64,000 nt of DNA, taken from NCBI GenBank assembly GCA_943704425.1, contig CALSCP010000216.1, positions 1 to 64,000 on the forward strand, read 5' to 3'. The notes under the pieces are model-generated. The model ran no database searches. It saw only the letters and a list, made by a program, of their open reading frames with translations, and had not been told where the DNA came from. Source of the stretch: Ministeria vibrans ATCC 50519. Lineage: Eukaryota; Protista; Filasterea. Made by a program: the position numbers and the translations under genes. This document shows positions 12,094-25,700 of the stretch, one piece after another. Positions within the stretch are counted from its first letter, which is position 1. Each line of letters starts with the position of its first letter.

Positions 12094-14115
12094 ATGTCAA
12101 CATTCACCAAGATCGGCCACATCGACGCAGAGGTGACGCGGAGTGCCGCCGAGCTCTTTCGAACGCCGTGTAACCTTTTGTGCTTAGGATCTGTCCGCCG
12201 TTGTGGATGGTTACACGGCTCATTTCGAAGACAAGGACGCAAGCGAGTCGGCCGAAGCACGTCGCGAAAAAGACTACAAATCAATCGTACGCGGGTGTCC
12301 GCCCACCCACACACGCACACTCATACACACACACACACAGACACGCACACACACACACACACACGCGCGCATACACGCATGTGGCGTCGCGCTGATTGTC
12401 ACACCCGCTATGTCTGTTTGCTGGTGTAGACCAAGACGTACTACGATCTGGCGACCGATTTCTATGAATACGGATGGGGAGAGTCCTTCCATTTCAGCGC
12501 ACGTTACCCTGGCGAGCACAAGGATGTGGGGATCCTACGACTGGAGCACTTTATCGCCGACAAGCTGCAGTTGGGCGAGGGGATGAGCTGTCTGGATTTA
12601 GGTATTTTGATTGGCTACTGGTGGTTGTGCTTGACTTGCACGACGCCCCGTCGCTCGAGGCGCACCTGCTCTTTGCGAGTGGTTGCTGATCGACGGTTGA
12701 TTGATTGTTTGCGCTGCAGGGTGTGGCGTGGGTGGGCCCGCCCGACACATTGCGGCGCACTCCAAGGCACATGTGACGGGTGTGAACATGAACGCGTACC
12801 AGATTGACCGAGCGCGCAAACACACGTCCAAGGCGAACCTTTCGCACTTGGTCGAGTTTGTTGAGGTTCGAAGGAGGGAGATAAAGGGAAAGGAGGGAGA
12901 AGGAAGAAACTATGTGATGGAGAGAGAAATGGAGAGGAAGGAGGCACATTGTGATAGCGAGTGTGTACTTGGTGTTAATCTTGCGCTTTTTTCGACTCAG
13001 GCCGACTTTATGCACATGCCCTTTGAGGACAACAGCTTTGATGCGGCGTATGCGTTTGAGGCAGTATGCCATGCGCCCGACAAGGTACACGCAAATTCAT
13101 TATGTCGCGCACACAATAACATCCCTCTTCTCTTCAGGTCAAGTTTTTCGAAAACTTGTTTCGGATTCTGAAGCCAGGAGGGGTGTTTGCCGTGAGCGAC
13201 TGGGCCATGACACCCCAGTACAACAGCAGCGACGAGAGCGAGCGGGCGATCAAGTGGGGCATTGAGCAGGGCGACGGCATTGCCAACCTCGAAGTGACTA
13301 CTGTCTGGCTTGATGCACTCCGCACTGCCGGGTTTGAGGTCGTCGAAACCGAGGACTTGGCCGACACGCAGCGCTACGGCACTGTATGTCACAGCTCAAA
13401 GAGTGTACGATGCGCACTCATCTCATACCCTTCTTCTCTCTCTCATTTAGATTCCGTGGTATGAGCCTCTTGAGGGCAGCTGGTGGGGCTCGGGTCTGCG
13501 TCACACCAGCGTAGGCCGTTTCATCACTCACTACATGGGTAATAGCTATTTCACAAGACAATTTTCACACACACACACATACACCCACACCACAAAGTCG
13601 CACACACTACAAAGTGTCACACACACACACACACACACTTGCTCACATATTCACTCACTTACTCAACACACTCCCTCCCTATTTTTTTCTTTCTTCCTCC
13701 TCTCTGCCCTTTCACTCTTCTTCTCTTATCTAAAAGTGGGTGCGATGGAAATGCTGGGCATTGCTCCCGCCGGTTCGCAGAAGATCAGCGGATTTCTTTG
13801 CACCGCAGCCGACAACCTCGTCGCCGGTACCCCAACTCTTTTCTATTTCCATTCATTAATTTTTATGTTGCTCTCTCTTTTCACACCTTAGGCGGTCGCA
13901 AGAAGATTTTTACGCCAATGTTCTTCTTCAAGGTGCGCAAGCCTCTATCGAGCGGAAGCAGCGCGTCAGCAGCACGCAAGAGCGCTGCATCTACCACCGC
14001 TTCGTCGACACCCTCTGCTTCTGCTTCGCCCAAGCGTGCTCGCTCGCCCTCTCGCTCTCGCTCTGCCAGCCCCTCTCGCCGCTCCAAGTCGCCTGCGCGC
14101 AAGTCCAAGAAGTAA
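12094..14115 (+). CDS. ERG6: Sterol 24-C-methyltransferase (multi-exon) with Ser/Arg/Pro-rich tail
   Basis: YYDLATDFYEYGWGESFHF, LDLG|CGVGGPAR, ADFMHMPFEDNSFDAAYAFEAVCHAP, FRILKPGG, IFTPMFFFKVRKP. Confidence 0.95.
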
Positions 14116-14274
14116 ACAAACAGTGAACAATTCCCTTTTTCGCATTATGTGAATATATAGTTGCCGCCATCCCTGTGTCGATCATTTTACACTGGGACCT
14201 CAGCCGCGTTACCGGCGTGCCGACAGTATCAATATTTGATGGCGTTGTACAAGTCTCAATTTTCAATCAAACAT

Positions 14275-14320
14275 CGAAAGTCAAAAGTCAAAAATCAAAA
14301 GTCAAAAGTCAAAAGTCAAA
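14275..14320. repeat. Tandem (TCAAAAG)n array, ~6 copies, upstream of the dynein start
   Basis: tcgaaag-tcaaaag-tcaaaaa-tcaaaag-tcaaaag-tcaaaag-tcaaaa read directly. Confidence 0.85.
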
Positions 14321-14394
14321 ACTAAATAACTAATAATAATAATTATTAGTAATTAGCATTTAGCAATAAATTTTCATATACGTCTGCGTCACCG

Positions 14395-14874
14395 ATGGAC
14401 CCCCCTTCGTCGGAGATCGACGCGGCGGCCGCAGGGCAAGCGATGCGGTCGTTTGTCGTGGGCGTGCTCCACTCGCCGCTCGGTGGTGTTGCGCCCGATG
14501 TCGCGTCTGCTGCCCTCGACGTGCCCGCCTCGGCCGCCTCCATCGGACGGTTTGCCTCAGATCCACAGGTCTCCGTCTGCTGCATTGCTGTCGAGCCACA
14601 GTCGACTGGTAAAAAAGAGGAGGGCGGGGTTGTATAAAGTGTCTGTGTTCTTCCTGTTCTAAAAGGAGAAAAAAAAAAAAAAAAAAAGTTATCGCTCGCT
14701 TTTCCTTTCTCTCATTTGTCGTGTCACAACCCACATCGCCGGCTCTTTTTGTCCCCAGTCAATTGCTTCCTTTAAACCACAGCTCTTTATCTGCCAAACG
14801 CCCCAGCGAATGGGTCAATATAACAAGAGGAAACGCAAACGCACTGTGACTGCCGTTGTGAAACACATCGCCTC

Positions 14875-14916
<42 letters not shown>

Positions 14917-17900
14917 CCTCCTCTCTCCTCCTCCTCCTCCTCCTCCTCCTCCTCCCCCTCCTTGCGCCCTCGCTCTCCTCCTCCCGCCGCCACAGCCACC
15001 CGCACGCACATCTTCCTCCATGATCCCGTGAGCCTTGAGCTGCTTCATCCGTTACGCTACTCTTACATCCACAGCATCATAACCGTTATTTTTTTTTTCT
15101 ATTTCAACACACTCTCTCTCGTACACCACCACTGACTCACTTGTTTATTTAGACGGTGACGATGAGGAAGAGGACGGCACGAGCACGGCGCCCTCCTCAG
15201 CGGGCGCTGCGTCCGCCTCCATTCACGTCGACACCAGCATTGCTTACCGTGGTTTGCGAACACGCATGATTGTTGTCATGAAACGAGCCGCCGTTGCCAT
15301 TGATCCGTCCAAATCAATCGCCTCACAGGTCACACATTCCGAAACAATCACAAACAAAAAACCAAATCAACTCAAACTCCTCTTCTCGAAACACGCAACA
15401 GGTGTCCGTACTGGACCTCAGTGGTGAGGGCTCTCCATTCGAGACCATTCACTCGGTGGTACACAAGGCTCTCACACCCCTCTTTGACGCCTATGTGCAC
15501 GCCACCCACCGTGACGATGCAGACAAGGGCTCCAAGATTGGCATTCCCACCGTCAAGGGCAAACTCGCGGACCTCGAACTCTCCCTGCTCCACCTTCAGC
15601 AAAACATCGACATTCCCGAAGTGCTCTTTGATATTCACCCTCACATTGCCCAAGTCATCGAGCAGGTATTGGATTTCTTCGCTTTTCTTCAACTCGAGAG
15701 TCCCAAGTTTCATGGGGGGTTTTTTTCTTGTTTTTTTTTCAGTGCAAAGCCAAAGGTACTCGCCCCAAGCTCGCCGACCTTGGTGCCATTGTCGAGGAAG
15801 ACCGGTTTCTCGGCTTTTTACAAGCTGGGGTGAAAAAATGGATTCGTGAAATCCAAAAGGTAATCGGATACGCATAAAAAACTTTTTTTTAAACCTATGT
15901 TTATTTAGGTGACAAACCTTGATCGAGACCCGTCGTCGGGCTCGGCGATGCAGGAGATCCGGTTCTGGGTGAACATGGAGCGAGCACTGCTCAACATCCA
16001 GTCGGCACTCGACTCGGACGGCGTCCTGCTCACTTTACAGGCACTCAAGCACGCCAAGCGATTTTTTGCCACCACCGGCTTTGAGTCGGACACGTCGCTC
16101 AAGCAGGCACTCGATCGTGCTCACAACTACAACGTCCTCATGAACGACTTTCCCCTCAACGAGCTTCTTGCCGCGCCCGACCTTGACCACCTCACGTCGG
16201 CACTCTCCGACATCTTCACACACCTCAAAAAGCTTCGCGCAACTACGTACCCAGCGCAGCGCGCTCTCTACCTGCTTGAGGCTGTGTCGCGCGATGTCAC
16301 TAGTCAGCTCATCAAGATTCTTGCTGGTCGTCGTCTTGCTCACACCACCTACGACGAGTTTGAGCGCGCCACCCACTCGTGTTTCAACGTGTTTGCCGCC
16401 TGGGAGGACAACTTTGTGGATTTTCGCAACATGTGGCGCGACATTGTCCACAAACGTGACGCCTCCCAACGCAAACTTGCCATTCGCGTCACTCCCACAC
16501 ACGGCCTCTTGCAGGAGCGTCTCTCGCAGCTGCGTGCCTTCCGTAAGCACCACGAACAGCTTATCGTTGTCATCAAGCGTGTGCAGCAAAACGCCTCGTC
16601 GTCCGTCACGCCAAGTGCCGCTCTTGCCTCCTCGTCGTCGCCCGCTGCCGAAATCGACTCGATGGAGGCCATCTCGCGTGCTTTTCAGGTGGTGCAGGCC
16701 GTCGACGTGCTTGACGTGTCGCCAGCTGGTATTGAGGCCTGGGTCGCGGCACGTCAGCTGTACGACGAGCGCATTGATCGTGTCGAAACGCACATCACCG
16801 CACATCTTCGCGACCAGCTTGGCACCGCCAAGAACGCCCAAGAGATGTTCCGCATCTTCGCGCGCTTCAACGCTCTTCTCGTGCGCCCACGCATCCGTGG
16901 CGCGACGCAAGAGTATCAATCCAAGCTGATTCAGCGCGTCAAAGACGACATCCGTGCGCTTCACGACAAATTCAAGGTGCAGTACCCATCCTCCATGGCC
17001 AGTCGCATGTCGCAGCTGCGCGATCTGCCACCCGTGTCTGGTGAGATTATTTGGGTGCGCCAGATTGAGCGTCAGCTTGCCACGTACACGCGCCGAGTTG
17101 AGGACGTTCTCGGCAAGGGTTGGGAGAATCACGTCGAGGGCAAGCCGCTTTTCTCGGACATTACAAATTTCCGTCGCATGCTCGACACTCAGGCGCTCTT
17201 CGACGCCTGGGCAGCCGCTGTTGAGAACCGCAACGTCGAAGTCAAGGGTCCTATCTTCCTCATCAAGTCGGTGCGTGTTCGCGCCGCCGACGGCTCCGTC
17301 TCCACCCAACGCCGTCTTGTCGTCAACTTTGACGAGCAGCTTATTACTCTCTTTAAAGAAGTTCGCAACCTTCAGGTACAAAAAAAAAAAAAAAGAAGAA
17401 GAAGAAAAAAACAATCTCATTTTAATAATAATAATTATTATTTTGTTAGGCACACGGACTCAAGGTACCGTTTCAGATCAGCAGCAATTCGAACAAGGCC
17501 AAGGAGATGTACCCAAGTGCCATTACGTTGCTGGAGGCCCTGAAAACCTACGACCAGACACGCGAGCGCATTGCACGTGCCAGCGACGTGGCGCAGCTCG
17601 TCGCGAGCTACCACCGAGACATCCGCAAACTCATCAGTGAGGGCATGCCTCACCACTGGGAGTTTAACCATCGCAAAGAGTACGTGCGTCGTCTGGCCGA
17701 GGCGGTGCTTGTGTTTCAGGAGAAGGTCGACGAAATTCAACAGTTTCTCGAGGCCGTCGAAAAGTCGCTGGCCGAACTCTCCTCGTGCGCCTACACCTCG
17801 GATGCCTTCCGCGCGCCTCTTGTCGTCATTCAAAAGTCCGTCGACGAACTCAATCTGCGCGGCTACAGTAACCTCACGGCGTGGGTGCGTCAGCTCGACG

Positions 17901-19696
17901 CACGCGTCGAATCGCAACTGATTGCGCGCCTTGTTCACGCCCTCGAACTCTGGATCACCGACTTCACCTCGGGTCCCGTGCGTCGTCCGCTTCTCCATGA
18001 AATTCGCATTCGCAACCAAGTTCTCAGCATGGAACCGCCGCTGGAGCACGCTCGCGCGTCCATGCTGGGCCAGCTTCACGAGTGGCTCGGCGTTGTGTGC
18101 AGCCTGACACGCGTGCGCACTGACGTACTCACGACCGACGACGGCGACGACCTCGACACCATGGATAGCGCCACCTACCGCAGTGCGCTCAATGGTCTTT
18201 CGCTTGCGCCCGCCTACGAAGTCATTGAGCAGCGCCTTGCTGAGGTGGGCGCCTACGTTCACGAGTGGCTGCAGTACCAGTCACTGTGGGACATGCAGCC
18301 GGAGATGGTGTATGCGCGCCTGGGTGAGGACGTCGCCACCTGGAAGCAGCTGCTCGTCGAGATCAAGCAAGCTCGCGCCACGTTTGACAACAGCGAAATT
18401 CGTCGTTCTTTTGGTCCCGTCATTGTCGACTACCGGCAGGTCCAGTCCAAGGTCAACCTCAAGTACGACTCGTGGCACAAGGAGATCCTCTCGCGCTTCG
18501 GCTCGCTCCTCGGCGATCGTATGCACATCTTTTTCGACGAAATCGCGCGTGCACGCAGCGAACTCGAGTCTCGATCCGTCACCACCGAGAGCACCGTGGA
18601 GGCTGTGTCGTTCATCACTTATGTGGGCGAACTCAAGCGCAAGTCGCTCGCCTGGAGCGACAATGTCCTCGTCTTTCGCGAAGGTCAAAAGGTTCTCGAG
18701 CGTCAGCGCTACCAATTTCCGTCAGACTGGCTCCATTGCGACCAGGTTGATGGCGAGTGGAGCGCCTTTTCCGAAATTCTCAAGCGCAAGGATACCGTCA
18801 TTGATAGCCAAAAGGCGTCGTTGCAGGGCAAGATTATTAACGAAGACCGCGCCGTGAGCGTCAAGATCACCGAGGTGCTCACGGACTGGGAGCAGAACAA
18901 GCCGGTGCAAGGCGACACTCGACCCGACACGGCCGCCAACACATTGCAAATCTACGAGGGTCGTCTACAGCGTGCGCAACAAGACCACGATCGTCTGTTG
19001 CAGGCGAAGCGTGCGCTCGATCTTGACGCAAGCGCCGAGGACCGTCTCGTACCTGCTCTGGAAGAGCTCCATGACCTCAAGGGTGTCTGGTCCGAGATGG
19101 CGCGTGTGTGGACGGCACTCGACGATCTTCGTGACCGCCCCTGGGCAGCCATTGTGCCCCGCAAGATTCGCCAGAGCCTCGAAGAGCTCGTCACGCAGAT
19201 GCGCGCTTTGCCCAACCGCATGCGCTCTTACGCTGCCTACGATCATGTGAACGGCGTCATCAAGGGCTATCTCAAGACCAACTCGCTGCTGATCGACCTC
19301 AAGTCGGACGGTCTTAAGGAGCGTCACTGGAAGATGCTCATGAAAAAGCTCCACGTCTCTTGGTCACTTCACAACATCAACCTAGGCTTGCTCTGGGACG
19401 CAAACCTCATGCAACACGAGCGTGTCGTGCGCGACGTCATCAATGTCGCTCAGGGCGAGATGGCTCTCGAAGAGTTTCTCCGTCAAGTGCGCGAGTTCTG
19501 GCAGCAATACGAACTTGATTTGGTTAACTATCAGAATAAGTGTCGCCTCATTCGCGGCTGGGACGATCTCTTTGACAAGGTCAAAGAACACCTCTCGGCT
19601 GTGGGTGCCATGAAGCTGTCGCCTTACTTCAAGGTAAGTAAATAATACTATAGAACGTAAATTACGTGATGTGTTATGTTGCTAATATCTTGGCTT

Positions 19697-19730
<34 letters not shown>

Positions 19731-22700
19731 TAGGTGTTCGAGGAGGAGGCTGTTGCGTGGGAAGACAAGTTGAATCGAATTTTGTCTCTCTTTGACGTGT
19801 GGATTGACGTGCAACGTCGTTGGGTGTATCTCGAAGGCATCTTTACTGGATCGGCGGACATCAAGAACCTCCTGCCGGTCGAGACGGGTCGCTTCCAGAA
19901 CATTAGCACCGAGTTTTTGGGTCTCATGAAGAAGGTATGTTATTATTATTATTAATTTATTTGATTCCTAATATTGTATCGCGTTATTAGGTATCTCGTG
20001 CACCTCGTGTCCTCGAGGTCCTCAACATCCAAGCAGTGCAACGTCTTCTCGAGCGACTGTCAGATCTCCTGGCCAAGATCCAAAAGGCCTTGGGAGAGGT
20101 ACCCAAGAAAACGATTAATAATAATTATAATATTATTAGTACTGTTAATAATAATATTTTTATTTTTCGTTGTAGTACTTGGAACGTCAACGTGCAACGT
20201 TTCCTCGATTCTACTTCCTCGGCGACGAAGACTTGTTGGAGATTATTGGCAACAGCAAAGATATTTCCAAGCTACAGAAACACTTCCGCAAAATGTTTGC
20301 CGGCGTCAATTCCATCACGCTGAGTGACGACGGTGAAAAAGTGGTGGCGGTGTGCAGTCGCGAGGGCGAGACTGTGCCACTGCACACGCCCGTTTCCATC
20401 AAGGAGAATCCCAAGATCAACGAGTGGCTCACGCGCATGGAGAAGGAAATTCAGCTGACACTGGCGCACCTTTTGGACGCTGCTGTACAGTCGGTGTCGG
20501 AGCTTGGAGGCGCAGGCAAAGCGTTTGATGGTGAGGCCTACTTGCGTTGGATGGATCAGTATCCCGTGCAGATTGTGGTGCTCAGTGCACAGGTGGCCTG
20601 GTCGCAAATGGTCGAGCCGGCGCTCGCCCGTGACGATCGTGAAGCGGCCCTAGGCGCCGACGGTGTGTCAGGCATGCTCGCGGCAACTCTCAACATGCTC
20701 GCGGATACTGTGCTTGTGCACCAGCCGCCGATTCGTCGACGCAAACTCGAGCATCTCATCACCGAGTTGGTGCATCAACGTGACGTGGTGCGCATTCTTC
20801 AGGCGTCTCGTGTCTCTGGACCGCAAGCTTTTGAGTGGCTCTCACAGATGCGCTTCTACTTTGATCCGAAGCACGCCGATGTGCTCAAGCGTCTTGAGAT
20901 TCGCATGGCCAATGCCACCTTCCACTACGGCTTTGAGTACCTGGGCATCACCGACAAGCTGGTGCAGACGCCGCTCACGGACAAGTGTTACCTCACCATG
21001 ACACAGGCGCTTGAGGAGCGTCTCGGTGGCAACCCTTTTGGACCGGCGGGCACGGGCAAGACCGAGTCGGTCAAGGCGCTCGGCTCGCAGCTCGGTGTCT
21101 TCACGCTCGTCTTTTGTTGCGACGAGACATTCGATTTCAAGGCCATGGGACGTATCTTTGTGGGTCTCTGTCAAGTTGGTGCCTGGGGCTGCTTCGACGA
21201 GTTTAACCGACTCGAAGAGCGTATGCTCTCCGCCGTTTCTCAACAGGTACGAAAGAGAAAACGTTCAAATCATTCATAATATTAATTTTTATTTTGATTA
21301 GTATTTTGATTAGTATTTTTATTATTATGATTATTAATTTTATTATGATTATTAATTTATTATGATTATAATATTAATTTTTATTATGATTATTAATTTT
21401 ATTATGATTATCTAATTTTATTATGATTATTAATTATAATTTTTTGTACGAGTGGCACTCTCTTGCGTGTCTTATCAACGTCGTTATATACAATTAATAA
21501 TAATAATAATTACTCTTTGTCTTCTTTCCAGGTGCAAACCATTCAGACTGCTTTGAAGGACGCGGGTGGACGCAAGGATGTGGCTGCGTCTGAGATCAAC
21601 ATTGAGCTCATTGGCAAGCACGTGCGCGTGAACCCGCGTGTGGGCATTTTCATCACGATGAATCCGGGCTATTCCGGCCGCAGCAATTTGCCAGACAATC
21701 TCAAGAAGTTGTTCCGCTCGCTGGCCATGACTGCTCCCGATCGTCCTCTTATTGCTCAGGTGATGCTGTTCAGTCAGGGATTCCGCGATGCCGAACTGCT
21801 CGCCCACAAGATTGTGCCCTTCTTCCAGCTGTGCCACGAACAGTTGTCGTCGCAGAGCCACTACGACTTTGGTCTGCGTGCCCTCAAGGCTGTGCTTGTG
21901 AGCGCAGGCAGTATTAAGCGCGAGCGCATTCAGGAGCTCAAGAAACGTGCGATTGAGTCGTCGGACACGGCCGTTGCTGTCGACGAGAACACCATTGCAC
22001 GCGAATTCTCCGAGCAGGAAGTTCTCATTCAGAGCATCACAGAGACCATTGTGCCGAAGCTGGTCGCCGACGACATTCCCTTGTTGCACAGCCTGCTTGC
22101 CGACGTGTTCCCTGGCAAGAAGCACTCGCCTGCGCCGCTGGAGCAACTTCATGAGCAGATTCGACGGGTCTGCAAGGAGCGTCACCTTACACTGGGTGAC
22201 GAGTGGATTGGCAAGATTATTCAGCTCTTCCAGATCCAGACGCTGCACCACGGTGTCATGATGGTGGGACCGAGTGGCAGCGGCAAGACGGCCGCTTGGC
22301 AAGTGCTCTTGGAGGCACTGGAGCGTGTCGAGCAGGTTGAGGGCGTCAGCTACGTGATCGACCCCAAGGCAGTGAACAAGGACGACCTGTATGGCACACT
22401 GGACCAGACGACGCGCGAGTGGACCGACGGTCTCTTCACTCACATCCTTCGCAAGATTATCGACAATGTCCGAAACGAGAGCAGTCGTCGTCACTGGATC
22501 GTTTTCGACGGTGATGTCGATCCCGAGTGGGTTGAGTCGCTCAACTCGGTGCTTGATGACAACAAGGTACGAGAAACAATCCCTCCTACCTTTTCTCACA
22601 TCACGTTTTTTTGTTTTGTTTGCTTTGTTTTGTTTATAACAGGCTGGTTCAAACTGAAAGTTCATATTGATGTTTGAGTTCGGTTCCTCGATGTCGNNNN

Positions 22701-25700
22701 NNNNNNTTTTTTTTTTTTTTTTTTTTTTTTTTTTGTAGTTGCTGACACTTCCGAATGGTGAGCGTTTGAGCATTCCGCCGAATGTGCGAATCATGTTCGA
22801 GGTACAAGATTTGCGCGAGGCGACGTTGGCCACGGTGAGTCGATGCGGCATGGTGTGGTTCAGCGACTCGGTCGTGTCTACCGAAATGCTACTGTCACGC
22901 TATCTCAGTCGTTTGCGAGAGATCCCTCTTGACGAGGATGAGGCCAACTCGCTGACAGCGACCGCCACGAGCGATGCCGACGCTGCAGGAGGCGATGGTG
23001 AAGAGGGTGCCAGTGGTGCGGTGTCAGAGACGATGCGTGTGCAGCGCCAGTGTGCCACGGTCCTCGTGCCGCACTTCACCGCCGATGGTCTGGTGGCCAA
23101 GGCGTTGCATTTCACCGCGAAGCAGGAGCACATTATGGACTTGACCGCACTGCGTGTTCTCACCGCTCTATTTTCCATGCTCAACAAGAGTGTGCGCAAC
23201 GTGCTCGCCTACAACCAGCAGCACGCCGACTTTCCCATGGAGTCGGATCGTGTCGAGCAGTACATCAGCAAGCGTCTGGTGTTCTCGCTCATCTGGAGTT
23301 TTGCGGGCGACGCGCGCTTGCGTGTGCGCGAAGAACTCGGCGAATATGTGCGCGGCATTACCACTATTGGCTTGCCATCGGATCCCACCACTCCCATTGT
23401 GGACTTCGAGGTGACCCTCCAAGGCGACTGGGTCCCCTGGCAGTCGCGTGTTCCCTCTATCAAAATGGAGACACACAAGATTCAAGAGGGCGACGTCGTC
23501 GTGCCCACTGTTGACACTGTCCGTCACGAAGATCTCCTCTACACCTGGCTTTCGGAACACAAGGTATAAATAATGTTAAGTTTATTATTATTATTATTAT
23601 TCTTATTATTATTATTATTAAATAATTTGGTATTAATTTATTATTTTATATTATTATTTTATTATTAATTATTTTTATATTATATCATTATTATTGATTT
23701 TTTTTTTCTCTCCGATTGTCGTTTTGGTAGCCTTTGGTGCTGTGTGGTCCTCCCGGTAGTGGCAAAACCATGACATTATTCAGCTCTCTTCGAGCACTGC
23801 CGGACCTCGAGGTGGTCGGTCTGAACTTCTCGAGTGCCACAACACCCGAGCTGCTACTTAAGACATTGGAGCATTATTGTGAGTGTCGCCGCACGCCGCA
23901 AGGTGTAGTGATGGCGCCCATTCAGATTGGCCGCTGGCTTGTGCTCTTTTGCGATGAAATTAATCTGCCCGATTACGATGCGTACGGCACGCAGCGTGTC
24001 ATCTCCTTTCTTCGTCAGATGGTCGAGCGCGGTGGATTCTGGCGCAACTCCGACAAGGTGTGGGTGACGCTGGAACGCGTGCAAATTGTGGGCGCGTGCA
24101 ATCCGCCGACAGACCCTGGTCGCAAGCCCTTGTCGGAGCGCTTCCTGCGTCACGTGCCTGTTGTCATGGTCGACTACCCTGGCCGTGTGTCTCTCAAGCA
24201 GATTTACGGCACGTTCAACTCGGCGTTACTGCGTCTCATGCCGTCGCTGTCGGGCTACGCTGAACCACTCACGGACGCCATGGTGGACTTTTTCACGCAG
24301 TCACAAGAGCGATTCACCGTCGAGATGCAGCCTCACTATGTGTACTCGCCGCGTGAGCTCACGCGCTGGGTGCGTGGCATGTACGAGGCGATTCAGCCGC
24401 TGGAGTCGCTCTCCCCCGAGGCTATGGTGCGTGTGTGGGCGCACGAGGCGCTGCGTCTGTTCGAGGACCGTCTTGTGTACGACGAGGAACGACAGTGGAC
24501 TGAGGAGGCTGTCGATCGCTGTGCCGAGAAACACTTTCCGGGCATCAAGTTGCGCGAGGCGCTCGAGCGACCCATTCTCTTCAGCAACTGGCTCAACAAG
24601 GAGTACGTTTCGGTGGATCGCGAGGAGCTGCGCGACTTTGTGCGAGCACGTCTGCGCGTCTTTTACGAGGAAGAGATGGACGTTCAGCTGGTGCTGTTCA
24701 ACGAGGTGCTGGACCACGTGCTGCGCATAGATCGAGTCTTTCGTCAGGTGCAGGGCCATGTGTTGCTGATTGGTGCGAGTGGCGCGGGCAAGACGACCCT
24801 CTCGCGCTTTGTCGCCTGGATGAATGGCCTCTCGGTATTCCAAGTGAAGGTTCACAATCGGTACACGGGCGAGGACTTTGACGAGGACCTGCGATGCGTG
24901 TTGCGTCGTGCTGGGTGCAAGGGCGAGAAGATTTGCTTTGTGATGGACGAGAGCAACGTGATGGACTCGTCCTTCCTCGAGCGCATGAACACTCTGCTTG
25001 CCAATGGCGAGGTGCCTGGTCTGTTTGAGGGCGACGAGTTTAGTGCGCTCATGACGCAGTGTAAGGAGGGTTCGCAACGCGAAGGGCGCATGCTCGACTC
25101 GTCCGACGAGCTCTACAAGTGGTTTACCATGCAGGTGATGAAGAACCTCCATGTGGTGTTCACCATGAATCCCAGCACGGACGGTCTCAAGGATCGCGCG
25201 GCCACCTCGCCGGCGCTCTTCAACCGTTGTGTCCTCGACTGGTTTGGCGACTGGTCGACGCACGCGCTCTTTCAGGTCGCAAGCGAGTTTACCATGCGTT
25301 GCGACCTCGAGGAGGCGCGCTACTCACCGCCGGCACAGATGCCGCTTGCCTACGAGGGTCTCGCTCTGCCGCCCACCCATCGCGATGCCATTCTCAATGC
25401 TCTCGTGTATGTGCACGGGACGGTGCGCGAGGCGGCAGCGCGTCTCTTCAAGCGCCGTGGTCGTGCGACGCATGTCACGCCGCGCCACTACTTGGACTTT
25501 ATCAATCACTTTGTGGCGCTCTTCTCAGAGAAGCGTGCCGAGTTGGAGGAGCAACAGCTTCACTTGAATGTCGGACTGCAAAAGATTCGCGACACAGTCG
25601 AGCAAGTGGAGGAGCTGCAACAGTCTTTGGCGTCGAAGAACATTGAGCTGGAGTCGAAGAACCAGGCGGCCAACCTCAAGCTGAAGCAGATGGTGGCGGA

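Noticed and set aside
14787-15048. Nested small ORFs in dynein intron 1
   Set aside because: Dominated by (CT)n and (CCT)n repeats with no recognisable domain.
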